Positions 53,301-64,000 of a stretch of 64,000 nt of DNA are shown in pieces. This DNA comes from the human T2T-CHM13v2.0 reference genome, Homo sapiens, in the NCBI RefSeq assembly GCF_009914755.1, contig NC_060936.1, one strand, 5' to 3'. Position 1 is the first letter of the stretch. Each line of letters opens with the position of its first letter. Below the pieces are notes generated by a model. The model was not told the origin of the DNA. It searched no databases and saw only the letters and a list, made by a program, of their open reading frames with translations. The position numbers were made by a program, and so were the translations under genes.

Positions 53301-53545
53301 TTATGGTTGAGCCGGTGAAGAATTTTGTGTGAGAGATTGTGTCTGGACTTTCATTTGGAGCAAGTTAGGTCAAAATAACAGCTCCTGGCACTGCTGGTGC
53401 TGAACATGTGTTCTCTGCCTATTCCCTTGCTGAGACATGAATTATTAATATTTTATGCCATTTATTCCTGTGCTATTTGGGGACTTCTCTGACAGACTCT
53501 GGTGTTTTCTGATGGTTCCAGAAATTCGTGCAAAACATTTCTATA

Positions 53546-53829
53546 GGCTGGGCACAGTGGCTTACACCAATAATCACAACACTTTAGGAGTTCAAAGTGG
53601 GAGGACCACTTGAGGCCAGGAGTTTGAGACCAGCCTAGGCAGCCTTAGTGAGACCCTCATCTCTACGAAAACATTTTTAAAAAATTAGCTGGGCATGGTG
53701 GTGCATACCCGTAGTCCTAGCTACTCAGAAGCCTGAGGCAGGAGAATCGCTGGAGCCCGAGTTTGGAGGCTATAGTGAACTATGGTCCCACCACTGCACT
53801 TCAACGTGATCACAAAGGGAGAACTCACC

Positions 53830-53860
<31 letters not shown>
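53546..53860 (+). mobile_element. AluJ SINE with A27 tail
   Basis: Diverged Alu dimer (GAGGCTATAGTGAACTATG); A-run at 53834-53860. Confidence 0.94.
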
Positions 53861-53862
<2 letters not shown>

Positions 53863-54205
53863 CAACATAGTGATTCATAGGGTTGACCTGACTTTTCCTA
53901 GGAGTCTAATGGACAGCTGCTTAGCTGCTGATCCAGCGCTTGGCTGACTGATTCCAGGTGCCAGAATGTGGGACAGCTGTGCTCTGAGAGAGAGTCCTCT
54001 GCTCACTCAGGTGCAGAAGACAGTAAAGACTAGAAAGTTGGTTGATGATTGCTGGAATAAAGGATGAGAAACTTGAATCTGGTACTAGGCCCACACAAAT
54101 TCAGTTACTATGTGTCACTTCCTGTTGGCTATTTATTTAAAATTGTAGGACTTCTGGACAAGATTTGCAACTGTGGCTGCTACTGTATCAAAAGTTACAA
54201 AGTAA

Positions 54206-54583
<378 letters not shown>

Positions 54584-54974
54584 TAAAATTGTATATTTTG
54601 GATCAGTTTGCATCTCTCTCTCTCTACAGGGATTGGTTTGAGCATTGTGCAGGTCCCAACTGCCAAGGCTCATGGTCCTTCTGTATAGATGCCACAAACC
54701 TACAGTTAACACAGCAACCTTTCTGGCCTTGCCAAGTGCTAAGAGTGGTTGCAATAGGGCCTAGGATTCAGAAGTTGCACTGGGCAGTCAGCAGGGCCCA
54801 TGCCCCTCACCAGCTCTTCTGGAACTATTTTGTTTTTTTAGCATCCAAGTGCTTTACACCTTGTTCTCATTTGGGTGGTCAAGCCAAGGGTTGTTGACTG
54901 AATTCGTAAAAGCACCTTACACATCAGAGGCACTAAGTAAATGTGTATAAATCCTGGACAATACAGCAATAGTG

Positions 54975-55200
54975 ATGGTTAATAACAATGGTTCTCATTT
55001 ATTGAGCACTTACTATGTACCACACACCATGTGAAGCGCTTTACCTGAGTTATCTCATCTCACCGTCCAACCACTGCATTAAGTAGATGCTGCAGTAGCC
55101 CTTATTTTACAGATGAAGAAAGAGGCCAAAGAGCTTAAGAATTTGCCCATAGTCATAGCTGGGAAGCCAGAGGCAAGGATTTGATTCCAGGGTAGTCTTT
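54975..55200 (-). mobile_element. MIR SINE
   Basis: CATTTATTGAGCACTTACTATGT...ATTTTACAGATGAAGAAA...TTGCCCATAGTCA. Confidence 0.88.
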
Positions 55201-55203
55201 AGA

Positions 55204-55278
55204 CAAAGACCTGGGCAGTGAGGAGGTACTTCCCAAAGACCTGGGCAGTGAGGAGGTTCTGGGAAGTGAGGAGGTACT
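55204..55278. repeat. 30-bp tandem repeat (2 copies plus a partial third)
   Basis: CAAAGACCTGGGCAGTGAGGAGGT at 55204 and 55234; CTGGGAAGTGAGGAGGTACT at 55259. Confidence 0.9.
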
Positions 55279-55879
55279 ACGAGTTGAAATGAGAAGATAG
55301 ATGTCAAGGCCAGTTTAGCTCAAGATTCTTTTTTAAAGAAATGGCCTTTCCTGCCTAGAATGATCCTGTTTCAAACAGCGGCCCCCGCCCCCCCCAAAAT
55401 TTTTTTTTCCCTTTGCAGCTTTGGATTTTAGTAACACCAACAATATTTCCTGGAGAAATACTCCAGATGCAGTTTTCTGGTACAAGGGAAGCTGTTTTCA
55501 TACCGTACCAGCATTTCACAGTTTAATGCCGTTGGGTGAGGGTGGCGGTTGTTATTCTGTGTTTCCTGCTCTCAGCCAGTGTGTGGTTCACACTTGAATT
55601 TGGCAACAGTGTGGTTGTGTTTTCTGTGCATCACTTCCCTGCATGGCATCAGATGGGCCTTCTGATTCTTAGAAAACGCAAAGATGTGGTCATTTGTGTG
55701 GCTGGAAATTGGCATCCCTGTGTGCGCGTTAAGAACGCCAGGCTGTTGCAGCAGAGGAAAACAATAGGGACCATTTTAAAATGAGATACAAGTGTTCAGG
55801 TGACTGTTGCTGTGGGATTTTAACTCTGGATGAATAGCTTGCTGTTAGGGTGGGTACTGACAGATTCCTGGAGCTCTTG

Positions 55880-56090
55880 TTCTGATCCTTGATCACAAAT
55901 GCTTTCCGTCTAGATTGACAAGTTGAACCTTCACAGCAACCCTGTCTGGTGGGCGCCACTCCACCCATTTTATAGATGGGAAGACCGAGGCAAGGAGAAG
56001 TAACTCACCACTAGTCCCTGAGCCAGTAGGTGGTAAAATGAGATGTGGCCCCAGATAGCAAGGCTCAAGAGCCCCTGAGCCTACTGAACT
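55880..56090 (-). mobile_element. MIR SINE
   Basis: CACAGCAACCCTG...CCCATTTTATAGATGGGAAGACCGAGGC. Confidence 0.8.
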
Positions 56091-56249
56091 ATAGGGCTAG
56101 ATTGACGTATTGGGAAGTCTTCTGAATAAATTGCTTCTTCCTCTCACTTGTTTTGCTAGAAACATAAATTAATGTTAAAACATCAACCTGAAACGTGTAT
56201 TTAAAAACCTGTAAGATATTCTCAAGATAATCTTCAGAAATATGTGAAA

Positions 56250-56800
56250 AATAAAATGTTAAGGATCCTTAAGGATGTTCACACAGGTATTATTTCTAAT
56301 AACAAAAAATTGGAACTAGACAGTAACCAAAATAGGGGTGTGGTTAAGTATATTCTGTCACAGCCATATAAGGAAAATGTATAGAGCCCTTAAGATGATG
56401 TTGTAGCATAAAGTTTATGGACATGGGAAGATGTCAGTTACAAGCCATTGCTACTGGGCATGGTGATGAGCCTGCAGGCCCAGCTCCTCAGGAGGTTGAG
56501 GCAGGAGGATGGCTTGAGCCCAGGAGTTCGAGACCAGCCTGGGCAAGAAGGGGCAAGAAGGAGCAAGAGGAGGAGGTGAAGGAGACAAGCTATTGTTAAA
56601 TAAAAATAGTAGACTTTTTAATATAAGTATTATATGATACAATTCTTTCTATATACACACATTCGTGAAAGAACATTTCTAGGACAAATGTCAAAATATT
56701 AACAGTATTTCCTTTAGGTGTTATGGTCTATTGTGATGTTCTTCATTCTTTTGTGACTTTCTCATTTTCCTTCCAAGCTGCCTGCAATGAGTAAGGATTA
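56250..56800 (+). mobile_element. Old L1ME-type relic split by a FLAM
   Basis: AAGGATGTTCACACAGGTATTATTTCTAATAACAAAAAATTGGAA; GACATGGGAAGATGTC; CAAAATATTAACAGT. Confidence 0.65.
56454..56584 (+). mobile_element. FLAM_A-like free left Alu monomer with GA-rich repeat in place of its tail
   Basis: Monomer CTGGGCATGGTG...CCCAGCTCCTCAGGAGG...GAGCCCAGGAGTTCGAGACCAGCCTGGGCAA; TSD ACAAGC(C/T)ATTG(C/T)TA at 56440-56453 and 56585-56598. Confidence 0.82.
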
Positions 56801-58154
56801 GGAAAAGAAATTTTTAAGACCAAAATAAACCTTGGCCTCAGCCAGAATCCCTTCCTACCCAACCTGAAACCTCAGGGCCATAAATCGCCTGCTGCCTCCT
56901 CAGGTGGACATGCTTGCTTCCAATCGAAATACAGTGGAAGCTTTTTCCATGGCCAAGGATAGGCCCAATGGCTGTTCTATCCCATAGCAGGCAGACGCCT
57001 GAGACCCTCGTTTGTGTGTTATGCTCTGTTGAAGATGGGGCAGAACATACTTCCCAGCAGCTGTGAGGCTGAGACGAGGTGAGCAAGTCCTTTTGAATTC
57101 TCTTTCATGCATTCATTCAGCAACCTTGTATCATGCACTTACTATAATTACGTGATTAATCATTGCAACTACATTTATGTGATTCTTCTCCTTGCCAGGC
57201 ACTGTGGTAGATGCTGCCTTATACCAGTGCCCAAGGCGGCTAGCATACCTGCCTGAAGTTAGAGACGGGGTTGGGGAGACAGCTGTCCTTTAACAATGGA
57301 GAGATTTGGACTGTCCTGGGAGAGACAGAGCCCTATGAAGACCATCATGGGAACATAGAGCCTAACACAGGCACTGTCTGCTTAACTAGACAGACAAGCC
57401 CAGTTCCCTCTCTCCTTCCCCCTCCCAATACTGTCCCCAGCTCTGCCCCTGGATGCTCTTCCCCATTCCCCTCTGCTGTGGTCTCTCCCCCGTCTCTTCC
57501 CTTTCCTCTTTCACAAAATGTCTGTGCATTTTTTTTTTACTTAAAACCACTACGCAAAAATCATAATTTAAGTCAAAACTGGGTCGATTCAACCCAGAGG
57601 GGATTTTGCATGACATTCTCAAGAATATTTTCAATTTGTCTAATATCAATTGTCTCCCCATTCAGGTGGGCTCACACTCTTGTGACGAAGGTGAAGATTT
57701 AAAAATAATTTATTCCCATGTAGCCACAGGAAATCAATTGAGCAGAGAAAGGATTGAGCAGAGCAAGCGAGATTTAGTTTTCATTAAAATAACACAGTAC
57801 CTATAAATAAGGTGAGAATCCAGTTAATAGCTTTCTATTAAAGTGGAGTTGACGGAAAGAATTGCATTGGAAGGATTTTGTTTTGGGACTCCGTGAGGAT
57901 TTAAACATTCCCTTCCTGTCTCTGGGTCTCTGTGCATTCTGAAGTTTGAATCATTTCATTTGTATTTCTCTTTTCAATTTGCTAAAAACTATTCTTAAAG
58001 TTGCATCCATTTGTCGCTTCTTGTTGGGTAGGAATAAAAGTCGATTTCTGATCCCCTCTTATATGAAAAATGGATGCATTAGGTCCAACATCTGAGGTCT
58101 TCCTCTGGCCAGTCATAAAACAATGACAAACAGGCTGCTTGAAAAGAGATACGA

Positions 58155-58456
58155 GACTGGGCGCGTTGGCTCATGCCTGTAATCCCAGCACTTTGGGAGG
58201 CCGAGGAGGGTGGATCACTTGAGCCCAAGAGTTCTAGACCGGCCTGGGCAACATGGTGAAACCCCATCTCTACATAAATAAATACAAAAATTAGCTGGGC
58301 ATGGGGGCATACGCCTGTGGTCCCAGCTACTGGGAAGGCTGAGGTGGGAGGATCATCCAAGCTGGGAGGTTGAGGATGCAGTGAGCCAGGATTGCACCAC
58401 TGCACTCCAGCCTGGGCAACAGAGTGAGACCCTGTCTCCAAAAATAAAAATAAAAT
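58155..58456 (+). mobile_element. AluJb-like SINE
   Basis: Alu dimer; TSD AAAAGAGATA(C/T)GA at 58142-58154 and 58457-58469. Confidence 0.95.
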
Positions 58457-58976
58457 AAAAGAGATATGAGCAAGAGAATAAAAACAGAGTGATCGGGGAA
58501 TGTCAGACCAAAACAGGATTTTCACAAGTGCAGCTTACTCACTGTAGTTACTGCATATCAGAATCATCTTTGGCCAGCATCAAAGACTGGTCTTTTCTTG
58601 CCTGAAAGAATCCATTATTGGCTATGTTGAAAAAATTAGGTCATGTATAGACTCTTACCATCTTCTTTCCTCCCAACTCTCACCAGGTCTGGGGTCAAAG
58701 ATGTGGGTTCTAGCCGCAGTCCTGTCCTCGAAGAACAGATGGCCTTAGACAGGTCTCCAGGTCCTCAGTTTCTCTACTAAGAAAATGTGCCAGTGCCCAA
58801 TAAGGCACGGGAAGGGTTGGTTGGTTCAGCCCGTTCTGAACTGCCTTTCAGCTCTGGATGGGCTGTGAGGATGTGATGTTCTGTGTCCTGTTGTCTTTCA
58901 CCAGGGAAGGGTGCCTAGAGAGGGCGTCAGGTGGGTGCTAAAGTGAGAGTTAGACTTCCAGTTCATCCACTGTTAG

Positions 58977-59398
<422 letters not shown>

Positions 59399-60141
59399 TA
59401 GAGGCACAATTTAACACAGGTATTGTCACCTAAGGGCAGGACAAGGGACACCAGGCTTTGGCAACCAGCCTCATGCAGACCAGACGAATTCCGAGTGTGT
59501 GGCTTGGTACTTGGATGTGTGACAATGTGGTGAGTGACTGCTGTTTAGGAAGTCACTGCCTCAGGAAACCCTTTCTCTGCTAAGCTGCAGATTCTCTGCA
59601 GAGCAGTGCCACACTACAGACCAGACCTCAGCGTGTCTCCTTGTTTTGACTTTATCATCACTTTTAAATACATACAATTGAGAGCAAGATGATGAAGTCA
59701 TTCAAGGATTGCATTTCTTCCTGAGTGGAGGACCTGGTTCTAGGCACAGCAACTTCCCCCAAAGCAGCTCCTGTTCACCGTCTCTGCAGTTTCACCCACA
59801 GAGCGAACCTCGGTCCGCAGTCCTCAGAGCGTGCAGCCCACGAGCACAGCTGCTCCGACGCATGCAGTGCTCCCTGGCCAGCTCATCCTCACTCTGAAGT
59901 CGGGCATTGTCCATCCAGACAATGTGTTTGACTGCCTACCACCTTCAAGACATTGCATTAGGAACCAGGGATTTGGCGTGACCGGCAAAAATAGCTAACA
60001 CTTTCATAGCATTTGCAATTTGCCGAGTGATGTTTTCAGTGTTTTGCATATATTAACCCACTGAAGCCTTACAAACCTCTGAGGGAAACTGTTGTTATTT
60101 TACAGAGGAGAGAATTGAGACACAGAGGTTAAATAACTTAC

Positions 60142-60906
60142 TGTATTAGCCTGCTCTGACAGGCATAATGAAACATCACAGACTGGGTGACTTAAACCAG
60201 GGGTCCCTAATGCCCCTGGCCACAGACCCATACCAGTCCCTGGCCTTTTAGGAACCAGGCCCCACAGCAAGAGGTGAGTGGCAGGCGAGCAAGCATTACT
60301 GCCTGAGCTCCACCTCCTGTCATATCAGTGGCCTCATAAGATTCTCACAGGAGCACAAACCCTATTGTGAATTGCATATGCAAGGATCTAGGTTGCATGC
60401 TCCTTATGAGAATCTAATGCCTGATGATCTGAGGTGGAACAGTTTCATCCTGAAACCATCCAACCCCGCCCCTCCCACCCCCATCCATTAAAAAAAAAAA
60501 ACAAAAAAAAAACTGTCTTCCATGAAACCAGTCCCTGGTACCAGAAAGGCTGGGACTGCTGACTTAAACCACAGAAATTTATTGTCTTACTGTCCTGGAG
60601 GCTGGAAGTCCAAGATCAAGGTGGCTGCAGGTTGGTTTCTCCTGAGGCTTCTCTCCTTGGCTTGCAGATGACTGTCTTGCTGCATCCTCACTTGGTTTTT
60701 CCTCCATACACACACATATCTTATGTCTCAATTTCCTCTTCTTATAAGGACATCAATCAGATTGGATCAGGCCCCGCCCCCCAAAGAACTCATTGTATCT
60801 TAATTACCTCTTTCCAAATCTTATCTCCAAGTACAGTTACATTCTGAAGTGCTGGGGGCTAAGACTTCAACATATAAATTTGAAGGGGTCACAGATCAGC
60901 GCAACA
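60142..60906 (-). mobile_element. MLT1A-like MaLR solo LTR split by MER1B
   Basis: TGTATTAG...AGACTGGGTGACTTAAAC | ACAGAAATTTATT...CTGGAGGCTGGAAGTCCAAGATCAAGGTG...GACTTCAACATATAAATTT. Confidence 0.88.
60198..60561. mobile_element. MER1B hAT-Charlie DNA transposon
   Basis: CAGGGGTCCC...GGGACTGCTG termini; CTCCTTATGAGAATCTAATGCCTGATGATCTGAGGTGGAACAGTTTCATCC; perfect 8-bp TSD ACTTAAAC at 60190-60197 and 60562-60569. Confidence 0.95.
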
Positions 60907-60986
60907 CGCCCAGTGTGACACCACTGAAAAATGGAGGGCTGAGATTGGAACCCAGAGGCCATGCTCTTAAGCTACTATGCCATAAC

Positions 60987-61121
60987 TAGGGTAGCAGTAC
61001 TATATAATTTATCCTCCAAATTGGGACACTTTGAGAGGGAAGGATCGTCATTAATATTTGTGCTGGGTCAACAGGCATAAGATGAGGCTGTCTCAGGCAC
61101 ACCAGGATGTGTGGTCACTTA
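60987..61121. mobile_element. hAT-Blackjack MITE (MER81/MER94-like)
   Basis: TAGGGT...TATATAATTTATCCTCCAAATTGGGACACTTTGAGAG...GGATGTGTGGTCACTTA. Confidence 0.7.
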
Positions 61122-61149
61122 AATTACACAACTTCTTAACTCTGACAGA

Positions 61150-61375
61150 ATGGTGCCTGCCCTTGTGGAGTCTACAGTCCACTGGATGGGAGACAAGAAA
61201 GTGGCAATGCTAATGCAGCATGCCAAGTGTCAGGACATGGGGGTTTTAAGGGACCATGAGAAGTTGGGAGCACAGAGAAGGGCCCCTGATTTGGTCTCTG
61301 GGGGTCAGGGAGGGCTTCCTGGAGGAGGCGACAACTAAGATGAGATTGATGGATAAGTAGGAGTTAGCCAAAGTG
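61150..61375 (-). mobile_element. L2 fragment
   Basis: CCTGCCCTTGTGGAGTCTACAGTC; GGTCAGGGAGGGCTTCCTGGAGGAGGCGAC...GTAGGAGTTAGCCA. Confidence 0.82.
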
Positions 61376-61500
61376 AAGTACATAGTGGTGAGAGCTGAGA
61401 TGGAATGGATACCAAGGCCTCAATCTAGAGATTAGGCCTCTGGGCTCGGGCACACCCCTACTCTCTGGGACCGCTTATATAAAATGAGATACAGTTTACA

Positions 61501-61722
61501 TCAAGGATCTGTCACTTTTTCTTAAAAAGTCAGATAGTAAATATTTTAGATTCTGTGGGCCAAGAGGCAATATCAAGGATATTACATAGGAACTTGTATA
61601 GTTACTTAAAACAAAACCATGTAAAAATATGAAAATTATTCTTAGCTCCAGGACCATATTAAAACAGGCAGCTAACTGGATTTGGCCCGCACATTTATCT
61701 CAAAGTTTGTGGTCTTACCCAG
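61501..61722. mobile_element. MER58-type (MER58C-like) hAT MITE
   Basis: CAGATAGTAAATATTTTAG...GTGGGCCAAGAGGCAA...AAAACAGGCAG...GGATTTGGCCCGC. Confidence 0.82.
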
Positions 61723-63056
61723 CTTTATGGCATATCTATTCATCAGAAAGCTTTGCCAGGTATTGTATAGACCATGGGGCAGGGGGTAGCTTGTATCATG
61801 GACGTACCTACATTAAAAGCCCCCAAGAGCCAGCAAAAACCCATATTCAAACCTACCTCCACTCTCCAGCCGCAGTCCAGCCCCAGCCAAGCCACTTAAC
61901 CTCTCTGAATCTGTTTCCTGATCCTGTGGAATGTGGGTAATAGCACTGCTTCTCAGGGCTGCTGTTAGCTGCCTTCTCATTCCTCTTACTCAGCATTCAT
62001 CAAACACTTATCCTGCACTGGGCGCTGCACCAGGCCCCGGAGTTCAAAGGTGGCCAAGATGCCACTTTTGAAAAAAATGTTTTTTGAATGTGTTTTTTGG
62101 TTTTGTTTTGTTTTTGTGGTCATTTTCTTAAAAAACCTGGGTGTGGTCAAGAGCACAGCCCCCTGTTTTGACGCTGCATTAGTGGAGGGAATGAGTTTAA
62201 CGAAGCGGGTGACTTCACCTGGGTCACCTGCCAGGATTCTATCTGGGGTCACAGTTACTTCAATAAAGTGAAGCAGGAACGAGGCAGAGGGGACATGGGC
62301 CTTTGTGAGAATGAACGATGGAAACTCTTTGAACTCCTGGGATAGAAAGGCCAAGCTGTCACTAGAGCTGTTCGTGATGGGAGAGTGATTAAAGCTCGTT
62401 GGAGTTTCCTGCCTTCTTCTGGCATCAGAACTTTATGCCTGCTCTGTGTTCGGAACCAGTGCAGCTCCGAGTCCTGAGCTTTGACGTGGGAATCAGATTT
62501 CCCTGGGCCTGAGTCAGATTCTGGGCCCCACAGAAGTCAGTGGCTCCCATTTGGCTGAGGGGGTTCCCACCGGACCCTTTGCTGGGTAGAAAACACAGCA
62601 GCCAAGAAAGATCTGTTGGTCCTTGAGTCAGCTGTTGAGAAATGGAGCCACAGGGGATGCTGGGGGGTTCTCCGAAGCTTGACACCCTGCCTTCAGATCC
62701 TGGCATCATCATTTGGCAGGAACACGTGTGGCCTTTCACAAGCAACAGGATTTCTTTGAGCCTCAGCTGTCCCATCTGTAAGATGGACATGGTGTTGCCT
62801 TCCCAACTGGCTTGCCCTGAGACTAAATTTGGAAATTGCCAACATTCCTCGAATGCTCCTTATGTGCCAGCTATTGTGGGGAGGGCCTCAGCTCAGCCCC
62901 CTCCAAGGCCTGATAGTTTGAAGGCACTGAGGTAGAGGTTTTGTGTCTGTTCCTAGAATTAGGCAGTTTGGTTCCAGAATCAACATCCTTAACCATTAGA
63001 TGACACTGTCTGTGAAGAGAAAGAAAACTCATGAAAACACAATTCACAACACAATG

Positions 63057-63057
63057 A

Positions 63058-63089
<32 letters not shown>
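63057..63089. repeat. (TG)n microsatellite
   Basis: About 13 pure GT units plus a degenerate end. Confidence 0.95.
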
Positions 63090-63963
63090 CCTTGTGGTTT
63101 GCTTATTGAACAAGCATTTCCTGAGCACCTACTTTGTGCAAAGCCATGGAAACATAAAGATGACTAAGGCACAGTTCCCAGCTGCAAGCGGGGAGCTTCC
63201 AGACATTTCTATCTTACCTCAGAGCTAGTGATAAGAATAGGTTCCCTCACTCTCACTTCCACCCAGCATGTGCCTTAGCTTACAATTGATAGATTTTTTT
63301 AATTCTGTGACCACAGAGCTCTTTGCCAGAAATGGGGGCGGGGGAAATCCATTACCCAGGAGCGGCCCCAGCTCCCCCTTCACAGCCCTCCTTTCTTGTG
63401 GGTAGCTGGCATTGCCACGTACAGAGTAACTTGGACGTGACGCTTCACCGTGAAGTCACACTCCTGGCCTGCTGGGAACAGTGGGGCAGCCCTGGAGGAG
63501 CCAACCCGATGAATAACGTTATTGGAGGTGTCCATATAAAGAGGACCTTGTGTAAATAAATGATGTGACCCTCCCACCCCCACTTTGGCAGGGCTGCGGA
63601 GCTGAGAAAGGGAAGCACAGGAAATGTGTTTATTTTGCCTTTGCTGAGCAGTCGTTCTGAGGGTACACAATGCAACATTAAACCCCAGGGGAGCCTCCTA
63701 GGTATGTTAACTCGCCATCTGCATGCTCCCTTTGCTGTGCAAAGAGCACAGAAATGGTTTCCAAGCCTTCTGTTTGGCTCCCACCCACCCTACCTTTTTT
63801 CTTTTTTCCTTTTGTCTACTTGGGAAATTTTTGAAGATAAAGTGCAGCAGATGATATAATAAACACTTTTTACTCACCATCCTGAATTCACAAATGTAAC
63901 ATTGTGGCATATTTGCTTCAGATCTTTTATAGATCTGCCTATATAATAGAAATAAACCATCAG

Positions 63964-64000
63964 GGTCAGGCACGGTGGCTCACGCCTGTAATCGCAGCAC
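63964..64000 (+). mobile_element. Alu 5' end, cut by the window edge
   Basis: GGTCAGGCACGGTGGCTCACGCCTGTAATCGCAGCAC. Confidence 0.9.

Larger units (their letters stand above)
59985..60985 (-). mobile_element. MIR SINE split by MLT1A
   Basis: TTTTACAGAGGAGAGAATTGAGACACAGAGGTTAAATAACTT (to about 60140) resumes as GCCCAGTGTGACAC...GATTGGAACCCAG (from about 60908). Confidence 0.75.

Overview
This window is primate, very probably human, non-coding DNA (intronic or intergenic). It carries about 18 Alu/FLAM elements (AluJ, AluS and AluY types), a young 5'-truncated L1PA, and old L1M, L2 and many MIR fragments. It also has ERV1, ERVL and MaLR solo LTRs, hAT DNA transposon relics (MER1B, MER20, MER33, MER5, MER58, MER81/94) and microsatellites. 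I cannot support any protein-coding gene, tRNA, rRNA or CRISPR array: the supplied ORFs are chance ORFs or Alu, L1 and simple-repeat translations. I could not identify the locus and found no new biological system. The most interesting signals are local rearrangement scars: an Alu carrying a 28-bp patch copied from 547 bp downstream and a fold-back 3' end, a second Alu with a snap-back deletion junction, near-perfect 99-bp and 75-bp tandem duplications, and a 155-bp orphan segment between 34-bp direct repeats inside an L2. Nested insertions, close inverted Alu pairs, one candidate 117-nt frame-preserving exon and several repeat-free, motif-rich stretches are also reported. Repeat subfamily names are recalled from consensus sequences, and boundaries of old repeats are approximate (about +/-30 bp).
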